In this document: positions 53,091 through 63,615 of the stretch, in pieces
Position numbering within the stretch: position 1 is the stretch's first letter
Layout of the letters: each line of letters starts with the position of its first letter
NCBI GenBank assembly: GCA_051439605.1
Contig: JBFRWN010000098.1
Location: 32,001-96,000, forward strand
Origin: Synechococcus sp.
GTDB lineage: Bacteria; Cyanobacteriota; Cyanobacteriia; Thermostichales; PCC-7336
Length of the DNA stretch: 64,000 nucleotides
Direction: 5' to 3'
The notes under the pieces: generated by a model
The model's input: only the letters and a program-made list of their open reading frames with translations
Database searches by the model: none
What the model was told of the DNA's origin: nothing
Position numbers and translations under genes: made by a program

Positions 53091-53157
53091 GTGGGACTCA
53101 GACCACCTGATAGGATCGCAATAGACACTGAACGAAATTTGCCAAGAGAGTGAACTA

Positions 53158-53360
53158 ATGGGTAAAAACGAGATTCTAGAAGCATTTTTGAAAAATCCCG
53201 TACCGTTCTTAGGAGGCTTTGCGGCAGGGGCTTTGCGGCTCAACCTGAATGAGGACCCCCTCAAAAGCTGGCTAGCAGCTCAGGGGGTTGAGGTCACTGA
53301 CAATGATTCTGATGACTCTGCCCCCCCCCAAACGGTCCTCAGACTATTTCAATTGACTAA
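53158..53360 (+). CDS. Small conserved cyanobacterial protein, apparently frameshifted at a C9 tract (as assembled it reads to 53421)
   Basis: PVPFLGGFAAGALRLNLNEDPLKSWL core; adding one C at 53321-53329 gives ...APPPNGPQTISID* ending at TAA 53358-53360. Confidence 0.7.
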
Positions 53361-53663
53361 ATTGCCTTCACAAACTTGTATGTTTTCTATGCGGCGAGAA
53401 CATCTAGGCCAGATTGGCTAGCTTCTCGCCAGCACAAGCATTAATAACTAACGTTCGATGACTCTATAAGTAGGAAATGAAGTAGCGTGTAATGTATCTT
53501 GCACTATTAAAGTTGGCGAGGAATGACATTTGCCATTTGCACACCTTAGCTGCTACATAAGTAGCAGCCCTAATTGAATTAGCCATTACGGAGATAAAAA
53601 CTGTAAAGTTGGCAGGGTTAGAGCTGATGTACCCATGGAAATGTCTAGCAACTACGGTAAGGA

Positions 53664-55511
53664 TTATTTGTACTGCATCTGATGGAATTCCCACAGCTGT
53701 CCCTGCTTATCCAGCAGCTCTTGGTAAGTTCCCTCTTCCACGACTCTTCCTGAATCTAAAACAACCACTTTATCTGCCTTGAAAATGGTGGAAAGTCGGT
53801 GAGCAACCATAATCACTGTTCTGCCTTTAACCAGCTCATCTAGAGATTCTTGAATGAGCTGCTCTGTGACTGAGTCGAGGGCACTAGTAGCTTCATCTAA
53901 GATTAATATTTCAGGATCGCGCACCAACGCACGTGCGATTGAAATCCGCTGCCGCTGACCTCCAGAAAGGCGTACGCCTCGATCTCCTAGCTGCGTTTCA
54001 AATCCTTCGGGCATCTCCAAAATGAAATCTAGGGCGTTGGCCTGTTTTGCAGCTTCAAGAACTGCTTTATTGTCAACGCTATCTAAACCGTAGGCAATAT
54101 TCTCTTTGACGGTCGCGTTAAAGATAAACGTATCTTGACTAACAATCGCCATTTTCCGTCGAAGAGTGGAAATCTCGATATCGGCCAAGTCGACCCCATC
54201 GAATAGAATTTGTCCACTATTTGGCTTAATTAGCCGTAACATCAAGTCAACAATAGTGCTTTTTCCAGCTCCAGAAGAACCTACTAGCGCAACAGTTTTC
54301 CCTTTTGTAAAAGATAGATCTATCTTGTTTAGGATCGGACTGCCGGGTACATAGGAGAACTCTATACCCACGAAATCTACCGATTTTTTCAGACCTGGGA
54401 ATGGAATCGTACCGTTCTGAAAAATTGGCTTATTCTTAGGTGCGAGCAGTTGGTTAACTTTATCTACAGAACCTCTAAAACTGGTAATCCGGGTAAGAGT
54501 ATTCAATACCTGGTAAACAAATGGCAGTGCGCGAAACAACGCAAACAAAAACGTGATTAGGATGGCGGCTTGAAGCTCGCTGTCTACAGATAATACCTGA
54601 TAGGCAACAGCAAGGACTATCACGAGAGCAGTACTGCCTAGACCCTGAGATAGAGGTTTAATCATAGAGATAAATTTGGCGATCTTCTCCTCTGCTTCCG
54701 CAGCTCCCAGAATGTTTTTATCGATCCGTTTTTGTTCGTAATCAAAGGTTTCATAGGAGTGGACAGTTTTGATTCCGTTTATGAATTCAACAAATCCAGA
54801 GGTAACTCTCTGGTTTGCTGTGGGGATATTAAAACTGGCTTTGCGGACTCGGGATCTGATTTGGGAAACTCCTGAAAACAATAGGCTTAACAACATGAAT
54901 GCAAATAGAGAAAGCTGCCATGAGATGAAGAACATTGCAACGATATAGGCTATTGCCTGAAATGCAGCTATCATTAACAAGGTTGTAGCTTTTAGAAGTT
55001 GCTCTATTTTCTGAAGTTCAGTGGTAATTGTGTTGAGCAAGTTGCCAGATCGCTCGTTGACGTAAAAGCTGAACTCAAGAGATTTGAGCCGCTGGAAAAT
55101 ACTTTTTCGAAGTCTATATAGAGTCTGAATTCTAGTGTAACTGGAGAATAGCTGGCCCAGGTATAAGAACAGAGCCTGCAGCCAGCTAATGATCAAGAGA
55201 ACGCTGGTAATTCGATAAACCTTGGTGGTGGTTGATGCTTGTGCTGGACTCAGCCAGGCATCAAGCCAAGACAGACCCGTTTCAAACGAAGGGGACTGGG
55301 GATCGGTCAGTCCCTGAAGGAATAGAGCAATGAGTCCAACTGTCGATCCTCCGAAGAGGGCTGAAATCAGTGTGAACGCTATGGCTAGAATCGCAATCCA
55401 ATAGAAGTGCTTTAACTCCCGAAGCAAAAAGCGATCGCGTTTCCAAAATGGCAACTTCTTGATCTGCGTAACGAGGGGGTCATACACGACTGCCAATGTA
55501 TTTTTCAACAC
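53664..55511 (-). CDS. HepA-like ABC exporter (fused permease/ATPase)
   Basis: N-terminus FW..DRFLLRELKHF..IAILAIAF resembles the HepA family; GSSGAGKST, LSGGQRQR, ILDEATSALD, AHRLST. Confidence 0.88.
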   Translation of the reverse strand: MLKNTLAVVYDPLVTQIKKLPFWKRDRFLLRELKHFYWIAILAIAFTLISALFGGSTVGLIALFLQGLTDPQSPSFETGLSWLDAWLSPAQASTTTKVYRITSVLLIISWLQALFLYLGQLFSSYTRIQTLYRLRKSIFQRLKSLEFSFYVNERSGNLLNTITTELQKIEQLLKATTLLMIAAFQAIAYIVAMFFISWQLSLFAFMLLSLLFSGVSQIRSRVRKASFNIPTANQRVTSGFVEFINGIKTVHSYETFDYEQKRIDKNILGAAEAEEKIAKFISMIKPLSQGLGSTALVIVLAVAYQVLSVDSELQAAILITFLFALFRALPFVYQVLNTLTRITSFRGSVDKVNQLLAPKNKPIFQNGTIPFPGLKKSVDFVGIEFSYVPGSPILNKIDLSFTKGKTVALVGSSGAGKSTIVDLMLRLIKPNSGQILFDGVDLADIEISTLRRKMAIVSQDTFIFNATVKENIAYGLDSVDNKAVLEAAKQANALDFILEMPEGFETQLGDRGVRLSGGQRQRISIARALVRDPEILILDEATSALDSVTEQLIQESLDELVKGRTVIMVAHRLSTIFKADKVVVLDSGRVVEEGTYQELLDKQGQLWEFHQMQYK

Positions 55512-56152
55512 AAACGATACCTCTAAGATCGATCGACGATGCTTACCCTCAGCATCTGGCTTCGGAACGGCTAGTCACAAGGGTTTCCCCAAGAGCCAAG
55601 ATCTGCTAGTAACTTGCCCCACCCCTTTGCGAAGCGAGCTACCTAGAGAAAATGACTGATTGAAACATTGTAGAGCCTTGTGCAGTATTTTTTGTAACAT
55701 GTGTTCCCGTATGCCATCAATTAAACATGCAGAATAGCTGCTTACCGGTAACTTGAACCTGGTTAGAAAACGATGCAAGATTCGGATATGTCAGCATCAA
55801 AGGGTAATTTGTCCGTTCACATCAAAATTACGGAGAAACATTTCATACCGCCTCTTAACGGTGAATCACGGCTGACTGATGAGTAGGTGGATATTACTTG
55901 TAAATTCATACCACTAATCAGGAGGTCACTGAAGCATCCATTTTGCGCGTTTGCACGTGGATCTTAAGGAAGGATTGTGCTGTGTATTCGATGAAAAGAT
56001 ATTGTCATTCACGAAAACTCTCGCTGAGCATCGTGCATAGCCCATTACAATGACTAACGCTATATTTTTCAGGGCAAATTACCAGAGTCAATGTTCCTAG
56101 AGGCGTCGAGCTATAGACTCTAACAGGCAGTGTAAGGAGTCGAAATTTGAAA

Positions 56153-56980
56153 CTAGGCTTGCTGTTTAGCCTGTACTTGGATGGACTGGCTGCGTTGAAC
56201 CAAGTTTTGTTCCGAGATCATCCTCTGAATGCGCTTGATGCGTTCTTCCGTGTGAGGGTGGGTGCTGAGGAATTGGGGGGGAGCACCATTACCGAGCAAT
56301 TTAGACATGAACTTTGTCATTGCGCGGGGATCGTACCCTGCACGGGTCATGAGTTGTAGGCCTTTTGCATCAGCTTCGTACTCAGCCTCGCGACTGCGGG
56401 GGCGGCGCAGACCGAGTTCTACTCCGGTTGCCACCAGCAGGTTATCGTCTACTCCCAGGAGCCGGGCACCAGCTTGAGCAAAGGTAGTCTGCTGCATCTG
56501 CTCCACTACGTGGCTCTCGGTGATGTGGGCAATTTCATGGGCTAGCACCGATGCAACTTGGGCATCGGTTTCCGCAGCTGCGATCGCCCCAGTGGTGATG
56601 TAAACAAACCCACCTGCGGTTGCAAAAGCGTTGAGTGAGTTATCGGCAACCACTTGAAATGTGAAGGGCAAATCGGGGCGATCGCTGACGCGCACGAGCT
56701 GTTGCCCGATGCGGTTGATGCGTTGCGATAGTTGGGGATTGTTGGCGAGCTTAATCTCACCACTACGCAACAGTTGTTGATTAATATCCCGTCCTAACTC
56801 AACCTCTTGATTGTCAGAGAGATTGTATAACTGAATAGCGCGAAAACCATTTTGCAATAGCCCGCCTAGGTCAAAAGCCCTTGCTGTCGGGGCAGTGAGA
56901 GCAACAGAACAGGTCAATGCGGAGGTGGCTGCCATCAGGGCGATCAGCAGACGTGGGGGTAGTGAGGAGAGGCGGAGCAT
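56153..56980 (-). CDS. M48 family metalloprotease (secreted)
   Basis: Signal peptide; NAFATAGG, HEIAH, SREAEYEAD, FLSTHP. Confidence 0.9.
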   Translation of the reverse strand: MLRLSSLPPRLLIALMAATSALTCSVALTAPTARAFDLGGLLQNGFRAIQLYNLSDNQEVELGRDINQQLLRSGEIKLANNPQLSQRINRIGQQLVRVSDRPDLPFTFQVVADNSLNAFATAGGFVYITTGAIAAAETDAQVASVLAHEIAHITESHVVEQMQQTTFAQAGARLLGVDDNLLVATGVELGLRRPRSREAEYEADAKGLQLMTRAGYDPRAMTKFMSKLLGNGAPPQFLSTHPHTEERIKRIQRMISEQNLVQRSQSIQVQAKQQA

Positions 56981-57195
56981 AGGTAGATGGGTCTATCTCG
57001 ATGCTCTTTAACGATAGTGAATCCTTCAAACAAATGCTGGTGGAGGAGGAGTAGATTGAGATACGGTCTGACGCATAAGAATTGCTTGCTAAGCCTTAGT
57101 TCTCGGAGCCTTCCCTGCTTGTGCACCCGTTATTTGGGCTCATTTTTGAAGGCATCTAATATGTAAACGAGAGTATTACGGTTGAGGGTACGAAC

Positions 57196-57858
57196 ATGAG
57201 TGCTAAACGGGTACTCGCAGCTTGCTTGCTAAGTGGGATTTGTCTAGCCAGTTGGCCTACGAGGGGGGAAGCTCTAACAGAGTTTCGTATTTTGCAGCAC
57301 CCAGTGCTGACTATTCGCCAACCAGAGGGTGACACCGATACCAGGGTACTGTCCATCAACCGACGGTTTGCAGCCATTGTGAATTCAACTTCTGACGAGA
57401 AATTCGAGGTCAACACATCAGGAGATGCACGATCCGCTCGCATCTTAGTCAATGGCTCGATGTTGCTGGAGGTGACAGCGGAGGATGCCGCCGCGAATGC
57501 TACCGGTCAGGCAATCGCTTTAGCTGAGGTCTGGGCGCAGCGCCTGCGTGCTGTGCTGGAGAAACCAGAGGTCATGCAGCAGTTGTTAGGGACAGCTAAT
57601 TTACCCGAACAGATACTTGTGGCTGGACGACGATACGCGATCGGGTCTGAGTCTGTGGCCGATCGAGGGCAGTTCGTCACCGACGGTAGCCGTGCTGGCG
57701 ATCGCGTTATCTTCTGGTTGAAGCAATCCGAGACGGAGTCCGAGATGGAGTCCAAGATGGAGTCAGAGATGGACAAGGTTGCTCTACCCACCCCACTTCC
57801 GGAGCAGGTATACGTACTCAATCGCTTCCGAGATTTTGTTCCTTACCGTGCCCTGTGA
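57196..57858 (+). CDS. Hypothetical secreted protein
   Basis: N-terminal signal-like segment; ILVNGSMLLEVTAEDA...LAEVWAQRL; stop overlaps the next start (TGATG). Confidence 0.7.
   Translation: MSAKRVLAACLLSGICLASWPTRGEALTEFRILQHPVLTIRQPEGDTDTRVLSINRRFAAIVNSTSDEKFEVNTSGDARSARILVNGSMLLEVTAEDAAANATGQAIALAEVWAQRLRAVLEKPEVMQQLLGTANLPEQILVAGRRYAIGSESVADRGQFVTDGSRAGDRVIFWLKQSETESEMESKMESEMDKVALPTPLPEQVYVLNRFRDFVPYRAL
57727..57774 (+). repeat. Four imperfect tandem 12-bp repeats (SETE/SEME/SKME/SEMD)
   Basis: TCCGAGACGGAG TCCGAGATGGAG TCCAAGATGGAG TCAGAGATGGAC. Confidence 0.85.
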
Positions 57859-58706
57859 TGACTGGACAAAACCCTGCTCGACACATCCTCTACGGCCTGA
57901 GGGCCGACCACTTCCGTCATCCCATTGATGAACAGGCCACTCGGTCGCTTCAGATGATTCCGGGCCTCAATCTGTTGATCCAAAACCTGATTGCCCCATC
58001 TGTGGAACAGATGCTGTATGTGGATAATCTGGCCTCAAGTATTCAAGTGGGGGAGCAGCAGCTGCCCGATTTGCACCGTTTGCTCCTGGATGCTTGCACC
58101 ATTCTAGATTTAGAGGTGCCGCAGCTCTACATCAAGCAAAACCCTAATCCCAACGCCTATACCTTTGCCATGCGAGGCAAGCAGCCGTTTATTGTGGTGC
58201 ACTCTTCGTTATTGGATTTGTTGGAGCCCGATGAGATACAGGCGGTGTTAGCTCACGAATTAGGGCATTTGAAATGCAACCACGGCGTCTATCTGACCAT
58301 CGCCAATTTATTAGTATTATCTGCGGGGCTGCTGCCCCTAGGGGGAGTCTTACTGCAGCAAACATTGCAGCAGCAACTAATGACGTGGGTGCAATGCGCT
58401 GAATTCAGTTGCGATCGAGCTGCATTGCTAGTCTCTCAGCGGGCGGAGACAGTAGCGTCAGTGTTGATGAAATTGTGCGGCGGGTCTCCTAAAATAGCGT
58501 CTCAATTGAGCGTGACAGCCTTTTTAGAGCAAGCTCGAACCTACAGCGAACTCGACCGCGACGATTGGCAAGCGATGTTCAAGCGATTGCAATCGGTGGG
58601 TCGTTCACACCCCGTACCTGTGTTGCGAGCCCGGGAGATCGAACGGTGGTTCCACAGCAACACCTACCAAACCTTGCTCGCCCAACGCTCGACCCAGCTG
58701 GACTAA
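57858..58706 (+). CDS. M48 family Zn-dependent peptidase (HtpX-like)
   Basis: FRHPID, PNAYTFA, AHELGHLKCNH, AEFSCDRAA, RSHPVPVLRA. Confidence 0.9.
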   Translation: MTGQNPARHILYGLRADHFRHPIDEQATRSLQMIPGLNLLIQNLIAPSVEQMLYVDNLASSIQVGEQQLPDLHRLLLDACTILDLEVPQLYIKQNPNPNAYTFAMRGKQPFIVVHSSLLDLLEPDEIQAVLAHELGHLKCNHGVYLTIANLLVLSAGLLPLGGVLLQQTLQQQLMTWVQCAEFSCDRAALLVSQRAETVASVLMKLCGGSPKIASQLSVTAFLEQARTYSELDRDDWQAMFKRLQSVGRSHPVPVLRAREIERWFHSNTYQTLLAQRSTQLD

Positions 58707-58993
58707 TTCTCAAATGAAGCTTTATTAGAAAAGAATTGCAATTGGGGAAAGGTATGCCTGAGAATAGTGCATATCTAGATGTGGCCAACTCAGTGATGGA
58801 AGGTTTAGCGACCGTCAAGTCGCTTAGGACATATTAGCTATCCCAATCCATAACTGGGCATAGAGGCTTATATCCTAACTAAAATGTCAAAGGCTATATC
58901 TACGACCAGTCAGAACTCTGGACAGCTGAAGCTGCTTGAGATAATTGACAGTTGCTACAGCAATTTTAAATCCCACGAGGCGTTTCTTCTCGC

Positions 58994-60079
58994 ATGGCAG
59001 TAGTTCTCAAGATTGATGACGTCTGGAAACATTACTTTCCCGGACAAGACGTGTTGCAAGCGCTGTCATTGCAATTAGAAGAAGGTGAATTGCTCGGTTT
59101 GCTGGGAATTTCAGGCAGCGGCAAAACAACGCTATTGCGCTTGATTGCTGGTTTTGAGAAGCCGAATCGGGGACAAATTCGAATTCGAGATCGCATCGTT
59201 GCCGGCCCCCACGATTGGGTACCGCCGGAAGAGCGACAGGTGGGGGTTGTATTCCAAAACTATGCCCTGTTTCCCCACCTGACCTTAGAGCAGAACGTGG
59301 CCTTTGGGCTCAGATCGGCCAAATTTGGTGCAGATGCAGCCCGAGAAAGAGTGAGGCAAACCATCGAGTTGGTAGGATTGCTGGATTTCTGCGATCGCTA
59401 TCCAGCCGAGTTATCGGGGGGACAGCAGCAGCGTGTGGCCTTGGCTCGTGCCCTGGCTCCGGCCCCGCAATTGATTTTATTGGACGAGCCATTTAGTAAT
59501 TTGGATGCCAGCATTCGCTATCGCTTGCGTCTGCAGGTGAGAGATATTCTTCACAAAGCCAACATTGCCGGAGTGTTTGTCACCCACGACCAAGAGGAAG
59601 CTCTCTCTATTTCCGATCGCGTTGCGGTCTTACATCAGGGGCGGATGGAGCAGTGCGATCGGCCTGAGGTGCTGTATCGTTCCCCAAAAACGCGCTTTGT
59701 GGCGGAATTTGTCACGCAGGCAAATTTTGTGACGGCTGAACGCACCGAGCAGGGATGGAAGAGTGAAGTTGGCCTTCTAAATGTAGATCCGCTCGCCACT
59801 TCAATGGCACATGTAGGGGACAATCCGGATCGAGTTGATGTGATGATTCGGCAAGAGGATTGTTGCTTGGTTCCTGATGATGCCAGCGATGTTTACGTGC
59901 GAGGACGGCAGTTCTTGGGGCACGAAGCCATTTACTGTCTGCAGCTTCCCTCAGGGCACGAACTGCACGTGCGTCAATTAGATGAGTCCCAACCCATTCC
60001 GTCAGGAACGCACATTCGTTTGGAAATCAGGGGCGATCGCCGGTTGGCAGGTTTCCCGGCAATGGCCAGCAGCGAGTAA
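58994..60079 (+). CDS. futC: Fe(III) ABC transporter ATP-binding subunit (FutC/FbpC-like)
   Basis: GISGSGKTT, VPPEERQVGVVFQNYALFPHL, LSGGQQQRVALAR, LLDEPFSNLD, VTHDQEEA, C-terminal TOBE. Substrate is inferred. Confidence 0.72.
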   Translation: MAVVLKIDDVWKHYFPGQDVLQALSLQLEEGELLGLLGISGSGKTTLLRLIAGFEKPNRGQIRIRDRIVAGPHDWVPPEERQVGVVFQNYALFPHLTLEQNVAFGLRSAKFGADAARERVRQTIELVGLLDFCDRYPAELSGGQQQRVALARALAPAPQLILLDEPFSNLDASIRYRLRLQVRDILHKANIAGVFVTHDQEEALSISDRVAVLHQGRMEQCDRPEVLYRSPKTRFVAEFVTQANFVTAERTEQGWKSEVGLLNVDPLATSMAHVGDNPDRVDVMIRQEDCCLVPDDASDVYVRGRQFLGHEAIYCLQLPSGHELHVRQLDESQPIPSGTHIRLEIRGDRRLAGFPAMASSE

Positions 60080-60210
60080 GTTTTGGTTTGTCGCGATCGT
60101 CACGGTGTTCTGGCAACAATGATAATGGGAGGATAGCTGGCTCTTGCTTGCTGTCCTAGAAAACTCTTGCCAAACTTGGGTTAGAGGTGTTGCTACAGCA
60201 TGCCAGACGA

Positions 60211-60570
60211 ATGATTGGTTTATTGATTACGTGGGCTATTAATAGCGTTAGTTTATTTGTGATTTCTAAGCTCCCCATGCTTGGAGTTGAGGTGGATACC
60301 TTTGGCAAGTCCATGATTTCCGCCGCTGTGTTTGGCATCCTCAACGCGACGTTGGGGGGAATACTGAAATTCTTATCGAGTCCCCTCAATTGGATTTCAT
60401 TAGGGCTGGTTTACTTCATTATCAATGCCTTTATTTTTGGACTGGCTGCCAAGCTAGTGACGGGATTCCGCCTGCGACACGGTATTTGGAGTGCTCTGAT
60501 GGGGGCGTTTGCCTTCGGATTGCTGAACGCGTTTTTGGTTAACCGCCTGTTACCAGCAGTCTTGGTTTAG
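60211..60570 (+). CDS. YvlD/phage holin superfamily IV membrane protein
   Basis: GVEVDTFGK..ISAAVFGILNA, PLNWISLGL..FIINA, GFRL..GIWSAL. Confidence 0.82.
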   Translation: MIGLLITWAINSVSLFVISKLPMLGVEVDTFGKSMISAAVFGILNATLGGILKFLSSPLNWISLGLVYFIINAFIFGLAAKLVTGFRLRHGIWSALMGAFAFGLLNAFLVNRLLPAVLV

Positions 60571-60582
60571 AAATGGATTCAA

Positions 60583-61593
60583 TTAGAGATTGATTAGATT
60601 AGCGATATACCCAGACATTGCCACTCCCACCCAAACCAACACAACTCGCCGCAGCCAATGGGTACTCTCCACGACAGTTTTTACCTGAAGAGGCTTTTGG
60701 GGTTGACCCAAAAGAGGTTTGTGGGTGATGACTCCCCGATACGCATTTTGTCCACCTAGTTGAACGTTGAGGAGCCAGGCAAACGCGGCCTCGCTCCACC
60801 CCGAGTTGGGGCTGGGGTCTTGGCGGGCATCTTGACTGCACTGCCGTAAATATTGCAGAGGGCGATCGCTCCACATTGCTAATGTAATTACGGTGAGGCG
60901 ACAGGGGAGCCAGGTGGCAAAATCTTCAAAACGTGCAGGGATGCGACCCAAGTGAGTATAGGGCTGGCGACGATATCCCACCATAGAATCTAGGGTACTG
61001 AGGGCTTTGTAGGCAAAGGCCAATGGTGCTCCACCAATCAACCCGTAGAATAGCGGTGCCGTAGCACCGTCTGGGGTGTTTTCTGCCACCGTTTCCACAA
61101 CCGCACGACAGATTTCCCCTTCATCGAGATGGTGGGTATCTCGACCGACATATCGCCGCAACAGCTGTCTCGCTTGAGGCAGCTCTCCTGATTTGAGGGG
61201 GGAGATCAGAGACAAGGCCGCAAACCTGAGGCTTCTGGCCCCTAAGCAACTAGCCAACAGGACTGCATGAGTGGCCCAGCCAAATAAGGGATGAAGACTG
61301 TGGGAGATCGCAATTAGAACTGCGGCGTAAAGATAGCTGCCACTGAGCAGTCCAAGTGTCATCAATCCCCCGCACACCTGCTGCTGCCAAGGGGAGAGGC
61401 AATAGTGGAGGATGAGGTTTCTTCCTTTTACGATCGCCCAGCCCATGGCCTGAACGGGGTGGAACCAGCTCCAGGGATCGGCGATGCAAAAATCTAGCAG
61501 CAAGGCTACCAGAAGGACCACCAAGGGGGGTGGGCTGGGTATCCACCAGCCCAATATGGGAGCAGTTGGTATCCAGAGGTCAAAGGGAGGCAA
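60583..61593 (-). CDS. cobD: Adenosylcobinamide-phosphate synthase CbiB/CobD
   Basis: DP..WFHPV, VGRDT, ETVAENTPDG..APLFY, YKALSTLDSMVGY, SPNSGWSEAA. Start uncertain. Confidence 0.92.
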   Translation of the reverse strand: MPPFDLWIPTAPILGWWIPSPPPLVVLLVALLLDFCIADPWSWFHPVQAMGWAIVKGRNLILHYCLSPWQQQVCGGLMTLGLLSGSYLYAAVLIAISHSLHPLFGWATHAVLLASCLGARSLRFAALSLISPLKSGELPQARQLLRRYVGRDTHHLDEGEICRAVVETVAENTPDGATAPLFYGLIGGAPLAFAYKALSTLDSMVGYRRQPYTHLGRIPARFEDFATWLPCRLTVITLAMWSDRPLQYLRQCSQDARQDPSPNSGWSEAAFAWLLNVQLGGQNAYRGVITHKPLLGQPQKPLQVKTVVESTHWLRRVVLVWVGVAMSGYIANLINL

Positions 61594-61598
61594 ACGGG

Positions 61599-62777
61599 TT
61601 ATGCGGCTCCTTTCTTTGCGGTCTTCGCGGTTTTTGCTTTAGAGCCATTGGCAGCAGCGCTGCCGTTTTTTGTCCCTGAATCCGGTTCTTTGGAACCTTC
61701 TGGGGCCTTTTCTAATGATGCAGGCGGGGCAACCGAATTAGCGGATACTGTCGCTCCCATCGACAGTTGCTCCCGAAGACTCGCGTCGAGTTCGGCACGA
61801 ATCTCTGGGTTGCTATCTAGGTAGGCGATCGCGTTATCTCGCCCTTGGGCAACATTTTCCCCTCGGTAGCTATACCAAGAGCCTTTCCGCTGGACTAGAT
61901 TCGTTTCTTCAGCAAGGTCCAAAACGCAGCCAGTATTCGACACCCCTTTGCCAAAAATGATGTCGAATTCTGCTCGCCGGAAGGGAGGGGCCACTTTGTT
62001 CTTGGCAACTTTGACTCGGGCGCGAATCCCGTATTCCTCGTTTCCTTTCTTGAGGGTTTGGATACGACGAATATCGAGTCGCACTGAAGCGTAGAACTTG
62101 AGGGCGTTACCACCCGTCGTAGTTTCTTGGGGACCGTATCCCATACCGCCAATCTTGGAGCGCAGTTGGTTCAAAAAGACCACAATGCAGCCGGTTTTGC
62201 TAATGTTTCCGGTGATTTTGCGCAGTGCCTGACTCATCAGGCGAGCCTGCAAACCGACGTGGGCGTCTCCCATTTCTCCTTCAATTTCGGCCCGTGGAAC
62301 CAATGCGGCAACAGAGTCCACCACTACGATGTCTACTGCAGCGGAGCGTACCAGTTGATCGACAATCTCCAGTCCTGCCTCCCCCGTGTCTGGCTGAGCC
62401 ACCAGGAGATTTTCAATATCGACTCCCAATGCAGAGGCGTAAATGGGATCGAGGGCGTGTTCGGCATCCACAAACGCGGCTACCCCGCCGACTTTTTGAA
62501 CCTCGGCCACTGCGTGGAGGGCAATAGAGGTTTTACCGGAGGATTCTGGGCCATAGATTTCCACCACCCGCCCTTTTGGGAAGCCCCCACCCAAGGCAAG
62601 ATCGAGGGTCAGAGGTCCTGCTGAAACCGTCTCCACCCGCATGCGAGAAGCGTCCCCCAACCGCATGATGGCCCCCTTACCAAAATTACGCTCGATTTGG
62701 CTAAGCACTTGGTCCAGCGCTTTTTTTTTGGCGGTATCTTCACTGCTGGCGCTGGATTTTGTACTGTTTTGGGGCAT
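61599..62777 (-). CDS. recA: Recombinase RecA
   Basis: [51 protein letters not shown]. Confidence 0.98.
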   Translation of the reverse strand: MPQNSTKSSASSEDTAKKKALDQVLSQIERNFGKGAIMRLGDASRMRVETVSAGPLTLDLALGGGFPKGRVVEIYGPESSGKTSIALHAVAEVQKVGGVAAFVDAEHALDPIYASALGVDIENLLVAQPDTGEAGLEIVDQLVRSAAVDIVVVDSVAALVPRAEIEGEMGDAHVGLQARLMSQALRKITGNISKTGCIVVFLNQLRSKIGGMGYGPQETTTGGNALKFYASVRLDIRRIQTLKKGNEEYGIRARVKVAKNKVAPPFRRAEFDIIFGKGVSNTGCVLDLAEETNLVQRKGSWYSYRGENVAQGRDNAIAYLDSNPEIRAELDASLREQLSMGATVSANSVAPPASLEKAPEGSKEPDSGTKNGSAAANGSKAKTAKTAKKGAA

Positions 62778-63126
62778 GGTGGCAATGACTCCGAAGCAGG
62801 GGATAGGTTAGGTAAATGTGAGTTTGTGATGAAGAGGCTTGCACGCAACCGTTAAGGCGTTTCCCGGTAAGGCGACAGCATTCTAGCACCCCCTTTGAGA
62901 CAGAGAATTCAGTCAATCTACGTGAATTTCCTGGGGGTAGTTGTTCCTGAACTGACGGTGTGGGACAGTTTAGGCTGACGCTACAGTAATCAGAGCAGTC
63001 GCCAGTGTAGTTTTACCACTGGGATGGATATTCCTCTAGATTTCATAACTGTATGGATGGGAATTGCTGTCAGCGTATAAACGCACTGTCTTGACTGATG
63101 GCGTCTCCATCTACTGATGCTCGATT

Positions 63127-63615
63127 ATGCGCGATCGCCCCTTGGTTTTACCCTCCCCTGAGGCCACGCAAACGCTGGCTCAGCTATTAGGTGAATGTGC
63201 AGAGCCCGGTCTTGTCCTGCTTTTAGAAGGGGACTTAGGCGGGGGGAAAACGACGTTTACCCAAGGGCTGGGTCGAGGATTGGGAATTGAAGATGCGATT
63301 GTTAGCCCTACCTTCACCTTGATACAGGAATATTGGGAGGGGCGCGTACCTTTGTTCCACTGCGACCTCTATCGCCTTACCCCTAGTGGCGTGTACGACC
63401 TTGGTTTGGATGAGCTTTGGGAGAAGGGAGTGATAGCGATCGAGTGGCCGCAACGACTGCCAGAGCTGCCTCCAGAATGGTTGAAGCTGAAGCTAGATGT
63501 GGTGGGGGAAGATTCCCGCCAGGTGACGGTGACGGCTTCGGGGGATAAACATGCCCGCTGGTGGGGACAGGCGTTTGATGCATTTGAATCGGGTACGTGG
63601 GGGCACGAGCGGTGA
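63127..63615 (+). CDS. tsaE: tRNA threonylcarbamoyladenosine biosynthesis ATPase TsaE
   Basis: LEGDLGGGKTT, VSPTFTL, HCDLYRL, IEWP. Confidence 0.94.
   Translation: MRDRPLVLPSPEATQTLAQLLGECAEPGLVLLLEGDLGGGKTTFTQGLGRGLGIEDAIVSPTFTLIQEYWEGRVPLFHCDLYRLTPSGVYDLGLDELWEKGVIAIEWPQRLPELPPEWLKLKLDVVGEDSRQVTVTASGDKHARWWGQAFDAFESGTWGHER

Noticed and set aside
58935..58960. Possible Fur box upstream of the futC-like gene
   Set aside because: Only a half-site (GATAAT) is visible; symmetry is insufficient.
60211..60570. Phage-holin-family gene as evidence of a prophage
   Set aside because: YvlD-type genes are ordinary chromosomal genes in cyanobacteria, and no phage genes are nearby.
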